Origin: Callorhinchus milii
Lineage: Eukaryota
Length of the DNA stretch: 64,000 bases
Direction: 5' to 3'
Assembly (NCBI RefSeq): GCF_018977255.1
Contig: NW_024704743.1
Span: forward strand, 67,458,001-67,522,000
The translations under genes were made by a program, and so were the position numbers. A model generated the notes under the pieces. That model searched no databases and was not told where the DNA came from. It saw only the letters and a list, made by a program, of their open reading frames with translations. This document shows positions 1-13,894 of the stretch, piece by piece (positions within the stretch are counted from its first letter, which is position 1; each line of letters begins with the position of its first letter).

Positions 1-430
1 GCCCCATTTCAGTACCTCTCCCCAGTGCTATCACTTTGGGTCATTTGATGGGCTGTTTAGTTTCAGGCATGAAGCAGCCTCTAGCTGAAAGCACAGTTGA
101 AGTCATTCCAATACCATTACTAATGACATTACAATATCTCATCCTCAATTCACAAGGGGTGGAAGTGCATTTTTATCGTCTGGACAATGCTATGCCAATC
201 ATTGCCTCCTCTGTTCAATTAAATCTCTATTTCACCTACATGCAAATTTCCAAGCAGCGTTTTGGCTTCCAGTTATACATGTGGAGTAAAATGTAAACCA
301 CCTCCAGCATTAACAGCAGAGTCATCTATCCTCTAAAACCAAAATCACAAGTTCCTTCTGCTTTTTGACAGATTTAATCTATAAATTCATTTAAAACCAA
401 CAAGATTTGCTTGATTTAATCGATTCATAG

Positions 431-837
431 AAGAACTTACATTTTTATAGTGCCTTTTCATCTCAAAATGTTTCAGATCTTCACAATTTATTACTGTCAA
501 ATGTAGTGACAGTTTGTGAGGCCAGTGAGGCAATCATTTATTGCAGTTAGGTCCCCAGAAACAGTCATGAAGTGAATGATCATCTATCTGTAGGATTGTT
601 TGCCAGGACACTTGAAAAAATTCCCTTCTCTTTTTGAATAGTGTCCAGGGATCGTTAATGTTAAACAGGCAGACAGAACCTCAATTTCACATATCATCCG
701 AAGGACAGCAAATCCAACAATGCAACAGAATCCCAGCATTGCGCTTGAATATTAGCCCAGACTGTAAACTAAAACTCCAATGTGGGTCACGACCCTGGCC
801 CAGAAATGAGAACCCTTACCATCTAAGCTAGACCGAC
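431..837 (-). mobile_element. Degenerate DeuSINE-like (SacSINE1-type) SINE
   Basis: Reverse complement contains GGATGATATGTGAAATTGAGGTTCTGTCTGCCTGTTTAACATTAACGATCCCTGGACACTATTCAAAA...GTGTCCTGGCAAAC. This matches the other copies in the window and the Deu central domain as recalled. Confidence 0.7.
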
Positions 838-1127
838 CTTCAAAATTAATAGTTATACAGAAATACAAACTGATTCTCTGTGTAGATTGACATTCTCTTC
901 ATAAAATATATCACCTGTAACTGCACCTTTCTTACTAAAGGATCTTAGCACAGGCATACTTTCCAGCACATTTAGCACTGTTCGCATCAAACGAATACAG
1001 TACTACAAACAGATCAGAAGTCTTTTACATGATAGAAGATTGGCCTTATTCTAGTCACCTTATTGAAACTCAATAGAAAGCAGAGGTCTGAATCTCTCAT
1101 GGCCATAGTCTTCGTGGAATCATATAT

Positions 1128-1460
1128 ATTTATAGGACTAATGGAGGCCATTTGGCCAATTGAATGTGCACTGGTTCTCAGAGCAAGGTGTTCATTCAAT
1201 CCCACTGCTCTGCCTTATCCCAATGCCCCCACTAGCCTCTATTTATATACCTTCTTAAAACCCACAATGGACTCTGCATCAACAAGGCTACTTGGCAGAG
1301 CATTCCACATCCCAACAACTTTCTGACTAAACAAATAATCAAAGCTCTCCTTTTGCCTTTCTTGTGACTATCTTACAACTCTAGCCCCTAGTCACGACAT
1401 TCCAAATAGTGGAAATAGCATCTATTTACCCTGTCAAAACGCCTCATAATTTTGATAGTC
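1128..1460 (-). mobile_element. CR1 LINE 3' remnant
   Basis: GGAGGCCATTTGGCCAATTG...GGCAGAGCATTCCACATCCCAACAACT pattern is typical of a reverse-strand CR1 3' end. Similar to 17965-18330 and 45085-45470. Confidence 0.65.
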
Positions 1461-2682
1461 TTGTCAACAAATTATAAATCCTGTAGAATTGTGGAAAATG
1501 TGTGGAGTCAGTCTTAATCTGGAAGTGTTTTTCTTCAGTTCTTATTAGAATATTGGTTTCTAAATTGACACTGATTTAAAGAACTTTCTAAAATTCTGCA
1601 CAATCTTAAACATTAAGCCAATGGTTTTAAGACCAAGGCAATGATAACAACAATAACAACAACAACTTGCATTTATATCACGCCCTTCACATGGAGTAAT
1701 GTCCCAGAGGGTTGAGCAATAAATGTTGATCCTCTGTTTCTCCCTTTACAAAGAGCTACCTTGTAAAGGGAACTCATTGATCTCCATGTTAACTCAAAAC
1801 ATTTTTTCAATTTTCATTTTTAATCAACTAATGAAATTTTTTTACATGAAATGTGCTTTATAAATGCAGTTATTATTTATTATAATTGGAAGGGGAATGA
1901 GTTAGTAAAATTCAGTTCTGGTTGCACTTTCTTCGTTTGATATGTTGCACCCAAGCTGTGCCATCAAAATGAGCTATTTATGTCCAAGTTACAATCTTAA
2001 AGGGCTGAAAAACAAAGAGACCATTTCCCTTTCCATTTGTTTTTAAATATGGATAAATATTAATCAATTTTAGTATGTGTAGGGAGCTGTCATTAATAAT
2101 TGGACTTCAGAAAGGTAATATCTACTTTGGCAGCCTTCCTAGTTCTGTGCTTGATTTGGATTATTAAAGAGTTTCAGAGCCTGGAAATTGACCTCTCTGA
2201 TGTTTTTCATGTCTGAGATTTAATGTGTTTTAAATCGAAATTTGGTCTCTCGGCAGAAGGTGATCCAATTCCGACTGAATTCACAGATTAGTATTGCTAA
2301 AAGCGCATATTTTATTTTGTGAATTAATCCGCAATGTCCTGCCCTCAGGGTTAGTTTTATTCCTACCCTTGGTGTAATATTAAAGAAATTAATAAGAAAT
2401 GAAGTTTGAGTATATATTTTAAACAGGGAGTTCTGTGTATTTCTCTGATAACAAAATTGATTACATGAATACATGTCATATAATCTAATTACACAAAGAC
2501 AATTGCTACACTTTACAGTGTATGCAATGAAAAGCTTTGAGATGTCTCAACGACATGATAAGGCGCTATATCAAATGTAAAGATCCTTATTAATCTTTGA
2601 AACAAACAATTACAGGAACAAAAGCAAAGCATACCGCACTTTTACGTTCAGATTTCAAAATGCTGATATATAAAATCGGGCC

Positions 2683-2990
2683 TAAAGGTTGTGGATTCAA
2701 GCCCTTGCAAGTACGTAAGATAATAGGTCAGTTTGAGACTCTAGTTCAGTACTGGGAGAATGCCGATTGAGTACGAGGCTCCTGTCTGTTAAAGATGTTG
2801 CTAACCCATGGTTCCATGATCCGTTTTCAGGTGGATGTTAAAGATCTCATGACCCCCACTATTCAAAACAGAGCTTTTCCCATTTTCCTGCTCAACAATC
2901 ATTAAGGTTAACTGGACACAGATATTTGTGGTGACCTTGTTGGTGCAATTGATTGCCACATTTGCATACAAATAACAGTCACTTTACTGT
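2683..2990 (+). mobile_element. Degenerate DeuSINE-like SINE
   Basis: AAGGTTGTGGATTCAAGCCC head remnant, then CAGGTGGATGTTAAAGATCTCATG...ACTATTCAAA and an ATTTGTGG...GCAATTGATTGCCACATTTGC body. Confidence 0.65.
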
Positions 2991-4989
2991 ACTTTGCAAA
3001 CCTAATTTGTGATCAGAATTGCATCGCCTTCAGTCAAGAGACCATATATCTATTTGAAACACATTAAGCTTTTGACATGAAAAACATCAAAACGTCAATT
3101 TCAGGGCCTCTGAAGATCTTTAGCAATGCAAATCCAGCGCAGAAGTAGAAACTTGACAGTAATTACCTTGGAAATGCTTTGAGAAGTTTTCACATGTTAA
3201 AATATTATAAAGATTCTCTCTCCCTGTCTTTCTTTGTTCCTTGTAACACAGAATGAGAACGGGCCAATTAGCCAATTCAACTTGCTCCTACCCCAGACCA
3301 AGTCAAATCTGCTCTTCCCATTTAACATACCAATGGATGCAAAGCAACTTTGATTCCAGAAGTAGAGCAACATGTAGCAAAAGGTCTGATTTCAATTTTC
3401 TACTCCTTGTAAAGATAGGGTGTTGTGAAACATTTAATACCTGATTTTGGAATTCTACTTATGTGCAACTAGGTTTGTTATGAAAACAATGAATTAATAA
3501 AGATCATTCATCCAAAAAAGCCTCTCCTCAAATCCTACAAAAATCTACCCTATAATGGATTTGATCGCATCCAGACTTCGGGTGCCAGCTTTTCAGAGAA
3601 GGTTCTTGAATTCTAAAATAAATCAACAAAAAAGATCCATAGTATTCTTCCATCACCACTGTTCAAACTTGGCCTCCATCCCTCCATAGACATTTCACTC
3701 TCCTATTTCCTTGCGCACCATGGAGTGTTCATTCATCTCAGTCTGCAACAATCTCTAAATTGTCTTGTTCTCAAGTAGACGCTTATTCAGTCATTTTATA
3801 AAAAGGAGTTAGTCAATGCAGCATTAACTACTTCTGTTGGAAGTCTGTTCAAAAGACATACTTGGAATTGTATATTTTCATTGCGTCAAAAGAGCAATTG
3901 GGATTCATAATTCCCTGCTGCTGCCCTCAGCCTTTGGCCATATGTTTGGTGGTGAATGGAGTACAAATGGTCGTCCAACTGCACAGCCTGAACAAACGCC
4001 TCAAAAATATAAGATTATCTAACAATCAAAAGTGACCTTGGATGAGTAAAGCAGAGACTTAAGCACACTAATTCCAGACAAACAGCTTCATCACTTACAC
4101 ATTACTGAGAAATTTCATATTTAACATTGGGCTAGTTTGGATTTATAATAGATTGATCAGAGTTTCCCATCTTATGATACATTGCAATCTGTTCATCTGG
4201 CAATTCCATGTCCAATTGATCCTCTTTATGAAAATTACTGACTACAATAATCTACCAAGACACAAAGCTTTAGATCTGAATTCAAGCCCAGATCTGAAGG
4301 AGGTCACACTAGCTGCTTTTCCAAATTCGGTGAAACAAGTTATGGTTGGTTTGTGCTTTGCAAAATTTTGGATCTTTGTTTTCCAAAACATGTTAAGATT
4401 TCGTCCATAAAACACATAGTCACTTCACTTTACAATGTATTTCAGGAAGCACTTTTAGATGTCCTCCCAAAGTGAAAGATGCTATATTAAATATGAGGAT
4501 TATTATTATTGTTGTTAATATGCTTTAATGCTGTAAATGAGTTTAATTCCTTTTGTTTTTTTAACGGGGAATGTCAGTGGCAATGTCATTAACTTCAGTC
4601 AAACGTACACAGAAGGAGTGCCACATAGTGGAGATTCTGTACTGAGGTTACCAATTAGCTGAATTTTACAGTTTGGAGCTGAAGTGAATGGTATCTGGAC
4701 GGAACAAACCAAAGGCCCAGATCAGGTCCAAAACCACTGATTATCCAGCGCCCTGTGACGTTGTTCCGACTTGAAGGGCGCTACACAAATATAATTTGTT
4801 GTTGTTACACATTGATCCCACCTCAGACCAAAATGTAGGACCATTGGCTACTATCAGGAAAGACAAATGTGATAAAGACGCATTTCTAGATCGTAACACA
4901 TGGGCTTCAGTGAATTTTATGCATGGCTTAATCCAAGAATAGTTCTCAAAGGCTTTTAAACTATTAAATCTCCTTCCCTATTCTCATCA

Positions 4990-5226
4990 CTCTATTATTA
5001 GTTGATTGGCGGATTGCTTTTCCTGGGGTAATAATCCCTCCAAAACACAAAAATTATAATTAAAAAAATTGGTCACTCAATCCATGAATGTTTTTGGGAC
5101 AGTGTTGTACGCAATTGGCTGCTGTGTTTCGCTCACAAATACACAGTCAATTCACTTCTCTGTGAGGTGTTTTGAGATGTCTCGTAGACATAATAAGGCG
5201 CTGTATCAAATGCAAGGATTATTATT
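4990..5226 (+). mobile_element. 5'-truncated tRNA-Ala-SINE family copy
   Basis: Body AATTGGTCACTCAATCCATG...CAATTGGCTGCTG...CAGTCAATTCACTT and tail TCAAATGCAAGGATTATTATT are shared with the full-length copies. Confidence 0.8.
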
Positions 5227-5674
5227 TGTCTACAGTAAATTACTTTTTCAATTTATTAGCTTATTAGCCCAAATCCCTGTGTTGATACACTATGAAATAA
5301 TTTGATATAAAATGAGAAAACACTTTTTCATGTAAACATAAGGAAAATCAAACCAATATGTTATTTTGAATAGCACGCACGTATAACTGTAGGCAAGAAA
5401 GTGCTGAATAAAATATGTCATTTGATATACTTTGCAATTGATTTTGGGAAGTTCAGTGAAAATCTGAAATGATCACTGATCTCTCTGTCATACTGTGACA
5501 ATGTCATCAGGCTTATGTCACATTACAAGATTTGCACATCTCACCCAATATCCTAGCTTGCGCTGAAATTAGAATTTTAGTTTTATTTCTCCCTCCAGCA
5601 TCCAATACTCACAAATACCGTGAATCACAAATAACACTGAATCTCAACTTTGACAGGATTCCACATTCTCACAG

Positions 5675-5787
5675 ATGAAGAGACGCATGGAACAGCAGCT
5701 CTGCCAAGAGACATTAACACAGGAAAGGAAGACCACAAATTAGCCTGTAGTCCACAGGATGAAGTACCACTATCCTATAATGTAACG
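5675..5787 (+). other. Candidate internal exon of unknown product (DEETHGTAALPRDINTGKEDHKLACSPQDEVPLSYNVT)
   Basis: Acceptor ccacattctcacAG and strong donor ACG|gtaaga. Purine-rich, open in phase 1 to phase 0. No homology recognised. Confidence 0.2.
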
Positions 5788-6807
5788 GTAAGAGTTCTGA
5801 AGAGAATGCTCCGGATTAGCACACAAGAGGCACTATAAGGCTGTTACTACAATAAAGCATACAGTAACTCGACATTACATTTCAGTAATCCCACTGAGTT
5901 CCTTGAGGTCTGGAATCAACATACTACCAAATCACAAAGACACTGAAAGTCTGTGGCTTGAGGGTTAATCTGTGACTTTCTGAGTTATTCGATCTTGACT
6001 AGACTATTAGGCTTTGCCTGTAAACTGCTATACACCAATTAGAGCTGACAGCCAAAATGCAGTATAAAGGGATTCTGCTGCTAAATGTTTGCAGGACTGT
6101 ACCTTGGATTTGGTGAGAATGAATAGGTTTTGAATGAGTTCTGAATGGTTCTATAATGGGTGAGTGACCTTTGTGTCATGCAGGGGACAGACATCCTTCA
6201 GGTTTTATGAAAAAATGACCTCTATGTTGTGGAAACTACTGTTGCTATCACCTTGATTTGTTCATTCTGTGTGCTGGGAAGACTGATGAGAGAGACAAAA
6301 TGGTTCAGAGGCTCATGAGTGGAAGTCATATGTTACAGTAAGATGTTAATGGGATTTAAATCCTGATAAGGATAACATACGTCACAAAAAGTATTTTCTG
6401 ATCAGTGGGAACTCCATTTTGACATGATCTACTTCTGGAATGAAATCTGGCAAACTAGTTTTGTGCGCTTCCAATTACCACCAGGAGTTGCAATTTGTGA
6501 CTCTTAAATGCTAAAAACATTTATTTAAGTGAGTATTTTATTCCTTGCTTATCCTTCCTTACACGCCATTATAAGTACAAAACTAATTTGCTGGCATTAG
6601 CAAGTGGAGTATATTAGCCATATGGGAAAAATAATACCGTTTAAGGAAGTTCAATGCTTACAATTTTTCTGTCAGATTTTTTCTGTTGAAAGATATTTCC
6701 AGTTTCATTTTTGACTGTAAATTAATTAGAAATTACGGATCACTCACATTTGATGCTTATCCATTGGCCTCTTTGTATATTTAACATTAAATAATTATAT
6801 CTTTTTT

Positions 6808-6995
6808 TTCACTCAATCCACGACTGTTTGTGGGACACTGCTGTTCACAACTGGCTGCTGCATTTCACCCACAAAATACACAATCATTCCACTTGACAAA
6901 ATATTCTGTGAAGTGCTTTTGAGATATCTCAACAACATGAAATATATATTATATATATATATAAACATATATTAAATGTAGGGATTATTATTATC
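6808..6995 (+). mobile_element. SINE 3' fragment with a (TA)n expansion in its tail
   Basis: CACTCAATCCACGACTGTTTGTGGGACACTGCTG body and GGATTATTATT tail. Confidence 0.75.
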
Positions 6996-8309
6996 ATCAA
7001 AATGTAATCTGTGCATCTGATATACCACTTTATCATGAGATGTCTCAGAAGAGCTTCACGGAAATTACTGTAAAATGTAGTCACTGTAAATTTTGGAAAT
7101 GAATATGACAAAAGTTGTTATGCTTGTACTGTGTTGCATTTTTTAAATGCCTCATAGTTAGAGAACAGGTTTGAGATGTGGAAAGAGGAAATAAAAAAGA
7201 GCCAAGGGGAATGCTAGCTGAGCCATGCGATTGTTTTGACTGATTAACTAGCTAAAGACAAACATTGCCAAATTTATATTTCAGGAAGATAATGGTTAGT
7301 CTGTCAAAGCAGCCAAAACCTTGAGCGCATGTCACTTTAGTCCAATTTGTGCTGGTAATGTCCGAGCAGTTAAATAGCAGATGTGTATCGTCAAGAGTAA
7401 ACATTCTGTTATTCTTTGGTCCTGGCGCCAAAGCAGCATTTGTAACTGAGAGGACTGTGAGGGAGGTGACCTGTTGCCAGGTTTCTCTGCTAGCTGGTAT
7501 TGAACGTCTGTGAGGTGAAGAAAAGCATCTCAGGGTCGTGCTCCTCTCTCCACCACCCTGTCCCTCTCTATCCAACTCTCATATACAACTCTATTTGAGG
7601 AAAGCACTGAGCCCTTTTTAAGCAATCCATTGCTTTTCCCCTCCACCCCACCCAGGTTCAGTGCCTCAAAACAATAACAAATTGCATTTATATAGCACAT
7701 TTCACATCGGGAGGACAACCCAAGGTGCTGAAATATGATCTTGTCATATAGGGAGGAAACCCTAAGAAAAAGCCCACTTCCTGCTGTCCGTGCCACAATT
7801 GTATTAACACGCCATTGCACTGTGCCACTATCAGGCTGTCCTGAGGGAAATAACAAATAAAATAGTTGGCAAGACAATTACAACGGATGATTTGATGGAA
7901 TGCAAAGATAATCCTATTTGAACGGATGAATGAATATGCATGCACCGTGAAAATAATTGACAGATGGCAACAACAAAGGAATTAGTTGCATCGAAGAAAA
8001 GAGAGCAGAAGAGAGAAAAGTGAACAAAACCTGAGAGCGAGATAGCGTGACGAGAGGTTTACAATCCTTTGTAGTTTACACCAATAAATGAAAGAAATTA
8101 ACAACATTGCAAATATAGTCATAAGGAATCAGCCATTTTATTCAGGGTTTCATTTTAATGCAGAGGTCTGACCTTATGGATCCAAGAAACACCTGATTTT
8201 AATGTGCTACTCAGGTATAATGTGGAGCATGAACAAAATACCCAAATCTGGTCTTTGTTTCTTTAAAAGTTTACTAAAGAGCCAGTTATGGCATCAACTC
8301 ACGGGGGCA

Positions 8310-8490
8310 GCCTGGACCCTAGAGATGCAAAGAAGAGCAAAGAGGATGATCCCTTGTGTTAGATTTAGCAGCAATGATCAGACAAGCTAGCGCTCTTCAA
8401 TCTGAAGAGAAGATTCCTCAGAAAGGTCCTGAGAGGTGTATAAAAATTTTAAATAGGATTGGAAACATAAACCCAGAACAATACTTTAGG
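8310..8490 (+). mobile_element. CR1 LINE ORF2 C-terminal remnant
   Basis: Translates LEMQRRAKRMIP...LFNLKRR...EVYKNF, similar to the CR1 consensus LERVQRRATRMIP...LFSLEKRRLRGDLIEVYKI. Confidence 0.75.
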
Positions 8491-9394
8491 ATGCAGAAAG
8501 ACAATATCCACTTCACTACTTGATCCTGAACTTTGCAAATGAGCTAAAGGAAGTCTCTGCTGCATCCCCATCCCTTGTTGGGGAATCCAGTTTGAAATCG
8601 CTGAATATTAGATCCCAGTTAAAACAGTGATCTAGGAGGTGAAATCCAGGATACAAGGAGTTAAACTTAAGTTCACTCAGTTTTCATAAGCAACTATGTT
8701 AATTTAATGTGCCTGAATTAGTAAATCTAGTATAAAGTGAGCAAAGGACTCCTTGCTGTCCAATAATATGATATTGCTTGGAGTCCATGAACAAAACATT
8801 AGCTCCAAGAGGCTTGATTGATAACACTAACAATCCATTCTTTTAAATATTGAAATAACCGTTTAATTATTAAACAATACTGGTGTGATACTAATAAAAT
8901 GTGTATTCTGATTTCATATATTTTTCTAAATTATTTAATACAGTAATAATCATCTTAAACGTGTTACATATTAAAAAAAATCTAGGATTATTTGACGGTT
9001 CATCTTTGATTTGCACTTTGGTTTGACAGTTAATTGTGTTTTTTGACAATTCCACGAATAGCGCTTACTCCACAGTTCAACATATCTGAAATTTAAGTTA
9101 TCTTCATCTCTTTGTCCCTCCACTCCATTTTATGCTTTAGTCCCCAAGTGAGGAGAATATTAACAGGTTCTGAGATATCTGTCAAAGCCAGTATATCAGG
9201 ATGAGCAGTGTGGAGTTAGTTTCTCTCTCTCTGAAGAAATGCTTTGCTGCTGATCAGTACTTCTCCCAGATGGTACACCTGGGGTCGGGAAATAGAGCAA
9301 TTACAGCATTGGGAGAAGATATTCAACTCTTTGAGTCTAAATTGGTGATGGGTCAGAAACTGGATCTAACCAATTCCCTGCTCTTTCTTGTACT

Positions 9395-9680
9395 CTATTA
9401 TATTCATCCTCTTCAAATGTTTATCCGATTCTCTTTTAAATGTTATGGTCTCAGACCCATTAGTCGCTTGTGGTAAAGTATTCCATATTCTGATAATCTA
9501 CATGAAAATGTTTCTTCTAACCTTGCATTTAACTGTTCTGGTGAAAATCCTGAGAATATGCTCCTTTTGAATTGAGATTTCCTAAGAAGTGCAAAAAATT
9601 TCACAATTTATATGCTCAATATCTTTCAGACTTTTCCAGACTTCTATAGACATCTTCTCGACCTTCTCTGTTGCCAGTAG
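9395..9680 (-). mobile_element. CR1 3' remnant
   Basis: TTATCCGATTCTCTTTTAAATG...GGTAAAGTATTCCATATTCTGA pattern resembles the other reverse-strand CR1 ends here. Confidence 0.5.
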
Positions 9681-9974
9681 AAACATGAGATAACCTTTCA
9701 CAGGATCCTAACCAATTTACAATGATTTTTCAAGCCTAAGCTATTCCCCAATATTTGAGGAGAGATTATTTTTATTTTCTTTACAGTAGCTTTCAGATTT
9801 GAAAACGGGTTAGGTCCAAGGCTTTTTAAGTTTCATCATTCCTTATGCTTTTCTGCAAAGCTATGACTTGTACCTGCATGTTGCACTGATCACCCTCAAT
9901 TTCCCTATGGGATTCATAGCAAGAGCTTCCTACCAGGGATTTTGCTACAGTAAATTGAGATTCAAATAAAAAGA

Positions 9975-10098
9975 AACCAGGAATTGGTTCAAAATCTGAA
10001 ATTAAATAAAGGGGAAAATGCTGGAAATGCACAGTAAGTTAACCAGCATTTGAAAAAGAACGGTAGACTAACATTTGGGTTGACACTTCAGAATCCAA
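9975..10098. mobile_element. Old Penelope-like terminal-repeat remnant
   Basis: GAAAATGCTGGAAATGCACAGTAAGTTAACCAGCATTTG...AACATTT...CTTCAGAA is a diverged relative of the left arm at 25940-26040. Confidence 0.5.
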
Positions 10099-11669
10099 AG
10101 CACTTCAGAGATGGAGTGTGGAGCCCGAGGGACCAAAGATGTAGTCAAAGACCATGTTTTTTTTAGAAAGATTGAAAACAGAGAGGGAAGGGATGAGTTA
10201 GAGGGATTTTGGGGGCGCATATCCAGAGAGCAGCAGTAAGCGGCTAAAAGCTTGCCTGCCCATGAAGAGTAGGCCACAATACACATTAATCGCATTACAA
10301 TTAAATAGACATATTAATCAGGCCTGAGTTGTGATCCTGAAACTGTGGCCTCTTGATCTAATACTTTGGTATATTTGAAATTAGTGTTCTTAGTTTACTT
10401 TTTCAATCCCATTCAAAGTTTTGTATACCACCATACTGTCCCCTTTGAGATTTCTCTTTTCAAGGCTGAAGAATTCTGGCTTATTATTATAATAATACAA
10501 TAGCATGCATTTATATAGCACCTTTTGTGCTGGGTATCTCAGTAGTGGAGCTCAACACCAGCAAAAGTGACATGAAAAGGCAACATCACAATAATTTGGG
10601 TCTCACAAGTACATACAGATAGAACAGTAATCTGTAATAAACCTATAAATCAGATGTGTATTTGTAAACTAATGTAGCAGCTAATTTGCCCACTGTAATT
10701 GTCCACAAACACCCATTTTTTAAAAAAATATCTTAATGACATTTATTTTCACAGCTTAAGGATTATTGGCCTGGAAACCAGGAAAAACTTTTCTTTCTTT
10801 TCGAATAGTAAACTGGCAGATGGTAACTCGGTTTATTCTCTAACCCAAAAGATGGTATTTCTAACAATGCGTCACTCCCCCATTAGATTATGAGCTCAAA
10901 GTCCTGTTGCAAGGTTACTCAGCTCAGTCCTTTGCACAGTTAGACTCTGTAGCATCTTAGCAAAAGACTGAAAAACAAGGGACCATATACTTTTTGTTAC
11001 CTTCAACTACCTACATTTCACATGCAAAGTTGCTATCTGAAAGGCCAGCTACTGCGCAAGAGAACTAGAAGCTTTATTCAGAAACTGCTTAAAAACATGG
11101 CAGGTTTTCCCTTTCTTACTGAAGCTGAAACCATAAGTGAGTAGGAGAATGACCAGGAGGTTTGGGCTCTCTGTACTGTACATGAGTAACCTTCAATTTC
11201 CTGATCTGTACATTAATATTAGAAAGAGTAGTTGAAAGCAGATCCTGACCCCAATATAACTTCAAAGTGACAGCAATACTACGCAAACATCATTATGGAA
11301 GAGAACAGAAGCTATTGTAGTTTATATTCGACGATGTTGTACAGTGCTGTCAGAATTGCCAACACGCAATGATATTCTCCACAACAGATGCTCATTGCAA
11401 AGCTAAGAGTCTATTGAAATATGCATGCCTGCATTCCCCACACACCAGTCATTAGTACAGTACATCAAATTAAAATATCTAAAGATCCCTTTAAGCAGCA
11501 GAAATTAGGAGTGATTATTAATCACTTTTTACTTACTGTTTATGGTGAATAACAACTGCCATTAATAAAACTGGATGATACTTCACTGACCTAATTTTTT
11601 TGTGCCTTTTTTTTCATCTTAATGTTATTTCACATCACACAAGATCATTTATTTCACAAAGGTTTTTTG

Positions 11670-11830
11670 GCTCATTTGATCTCATCCTTCCAGAATATCC
11701 ACTCTATCATCTTCCCATTACAGCCATCAAGCTGTTTCTTAAAAGGGTTCAGTATCCTGGCCTGCACTACCCTTACTGATAATTTGCTCAGGTCTTGATT
11801 GCTTTCTGTGTAAAGAAATACTTTCCGGCC
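11670..11830 (-). mobile_element. CR1 3' remnant
   Basis: Minus-strand ORF ...GRKVFLYTESNQ...VVQARILNPFKKQLDG is like the CR1 ORF2 C-terminus. Related to 31953-32170. Confidence 0.65.
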
Positions 11831-11889
11831 TTCATATAATTTTTCATCTTTTATCATCCAAACAAAGGGGAGTATATATTAGATACAAT

Positions 11890-12058
11890 ACAAATTTATA
11901 CTTATATAGCCTTTCCCATTGGGAGGACGTCCCAAAGTGTTTTACAGTACTGGCTTGGCACCCGAGCTAAGGGTGGGAGCCGAGAGAGGTGGGGAAGGAA
12001 AAAGATGACAGAAAGCACGGTTAAAGAAGTAGGTATTGAGATGGACCTTGAAAGAGGT
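11890..12058 (-). mobile_element. L2 LINE 3' tail
   Basis: TTATATAGCCTTTCCCATTGGGAGGACGTCCCAAAGTG tail stem-loop followed by the purine-rich antisense L2 3' UTR. Confidence 0.65.
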
Positions 12059-12683
12059 AGATATGTATAGATACAGTATTATGTTACATGTTGAACATCA
12101 TCTCGTATCAAACTAATTTTCTTACAACTTTGGGTTCTCTCTTCTGGGGAAATTAAACTATTTTCTTATATGCTGCTTTTTCATTTGGGATGTAGAGTAG
12201 AGATATAATACAGTAGTTGGGGATCCATAAAATGCCATTGAGCTCTATAGTGGGGCACGATCACTGATCAGCACTTCCACATTCACTGGGCATCCATTGC
12301 AGAAAGACGAAATGCTGGCCAATGCAATAGTTTGGAGTTTTTGAATGTTTGGATATTTACTTCCAATCTAGATGTGAGCCTGCCTTATAATAAGCTTTAT
12401 TACAGGGTTCTACTCTATAAAGGCAATTTTCGTACTACGTTATAAATATCAAATCATATTTTCTCAAATAGAAATTAGGGTTACATTTGTGAAGCACACC
12501 GAATGGAAAACAATGAATAAAGCATAAAGCTCATGTCAAGATAGTCTCAGAGGATCCTCTTCAGCCAAATGGTTGGTGGATTAACCCAATTCAAGAGGAG
12601 CTTTTAGATTACGTTCTTGCTGCTATGGGCATGTATGTCAACAACATTTTACATATACAGTAATATACAGTACACAGTAAATC

Positions 12684-12861
12684 TCTTCAACCGTGCCTTC
12701 ACCTCCCCTCTCGACTCTCTACCCCCTCCTCGCTCCCTCCCTTCCCTCCCCTCACCCTGACCATTTCCCCCCTGCTCGGGTCCCGACCCAACTGTCCAGC
12801 GCCTTGGGACGTCCTCCCGACGTGAAAGGTGCTCTATAAATTCAATCTTGTTGTTGTTGTA
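12684..12861 (+). mobile_element. Young L2 3' end (5'-truncated)
   Basis: C-rich 3' UTR, stem-loop GCGCCTTGGGACGTCCTCCCGACGTGAAAGGTGC and (TTG)n tail. Nearly identical to 21315-21473. Confidence 0.85.
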
Positions 12862-13544
12862 GTGATATATTTATTTCCAAATTAGCTTGAATATCTAATT
12901 CCTCAGAATCTCCCTTTTTAACCTCTAAATCAAATGTTCTTTTAGAGTCCTGAACTTTGCTCAGAGTCTAGATGTTTCCTCAATTTCATCTGTTTTTACT
13001 TGTTACGATCCTCCCTGGTGCAAACTGTACTGTACACAACCTTTACAGCTCACTGAAGTTAAATACTGATCTGCAGTGACTACATTTATCTAAAATGTCA
13101 AGAGGATTGATTTTTTTCAGCTTCAGGATATTTGTTATGCTTGCATTTTGGAATACATGCTGTGGCGTTGACCACAATACTGTTTTACAGTAGCACTTCC
13201 TTGAGGTACTATTTATAAACTATTAATCACCCACCCCATACCAGCAAATGTGTGGGTTGGATCTGTCCTTCTCTGATTCGTCAAGCCTTTGAAAGTTATT
13301 TTGTAAGACTGGTACTGCGTAACTGCAAGTTTGTGTTCGCGTGATTTCTTATTTCACTTGATTACGTCTCTGCTTGTTTACTTGTATTGAATGCTACTTT
13401 TTATTTAGCTATTTGATATCCATCTCATTAGGTCTACTCAACTATTCATTTTACCTATTCCTGCATTTATGTGACCATTCTATGAGTACACTAATTTGAG
13501 TTCAGACTTGTTCTGTAATTTGCTGGGATCACGCTTGCTGTGAA

Positions 13545-13894
13545 ATAATAATTATAATCCTTGCATTTGATATAACGCCTTATAAATTTGTTGAGACGTC
13601 TCAAAGCACTTCACAGAATATACTGCAAAGTGAATAAACTGTACATTTTGTAGGCAAAATACAGCAGCCAATTACACACAGCAGTGTCCCACAAACAGTT
13701 GCTGTCTGAGTGATTTTTTTTAAGGGATTATTACCCATGGAAAGTGATCTACCGATCAATTAACAACTGGGATCCTACTTACTGCTAGGTAAACAGAGGC
13801 TTGTGGAGTAAGGAAACCTGCCTAAGGTTTCCCGCTGTCCACTGGTCCTCTCGCTTGCGAGGCGAGTGCTCTAACCAATACGCAACAGGACTCC
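13545..13894 (-). mobile_element. tRNA-Ala-derived SINE (older long subfamily, B-box region deleted)
   Basis: Reverse complement starts TGGAGTCCTGTTGCGTATTGGTTAGAGCACTCGCCTCGCAAGCGAGAGGACC, continues through the family body and ends in the GCAAGGATTAT tail. Confidence 0.85.

Noticed and set aside
1741..1771. 11-bp hairpin TCCCTTTACAA/TTGTAAAGGGA
   Set aside because: Too short to separate from chance or a tiny repeat remnant. A rho-independent terminator is irrelevant in this eukaryotic context.
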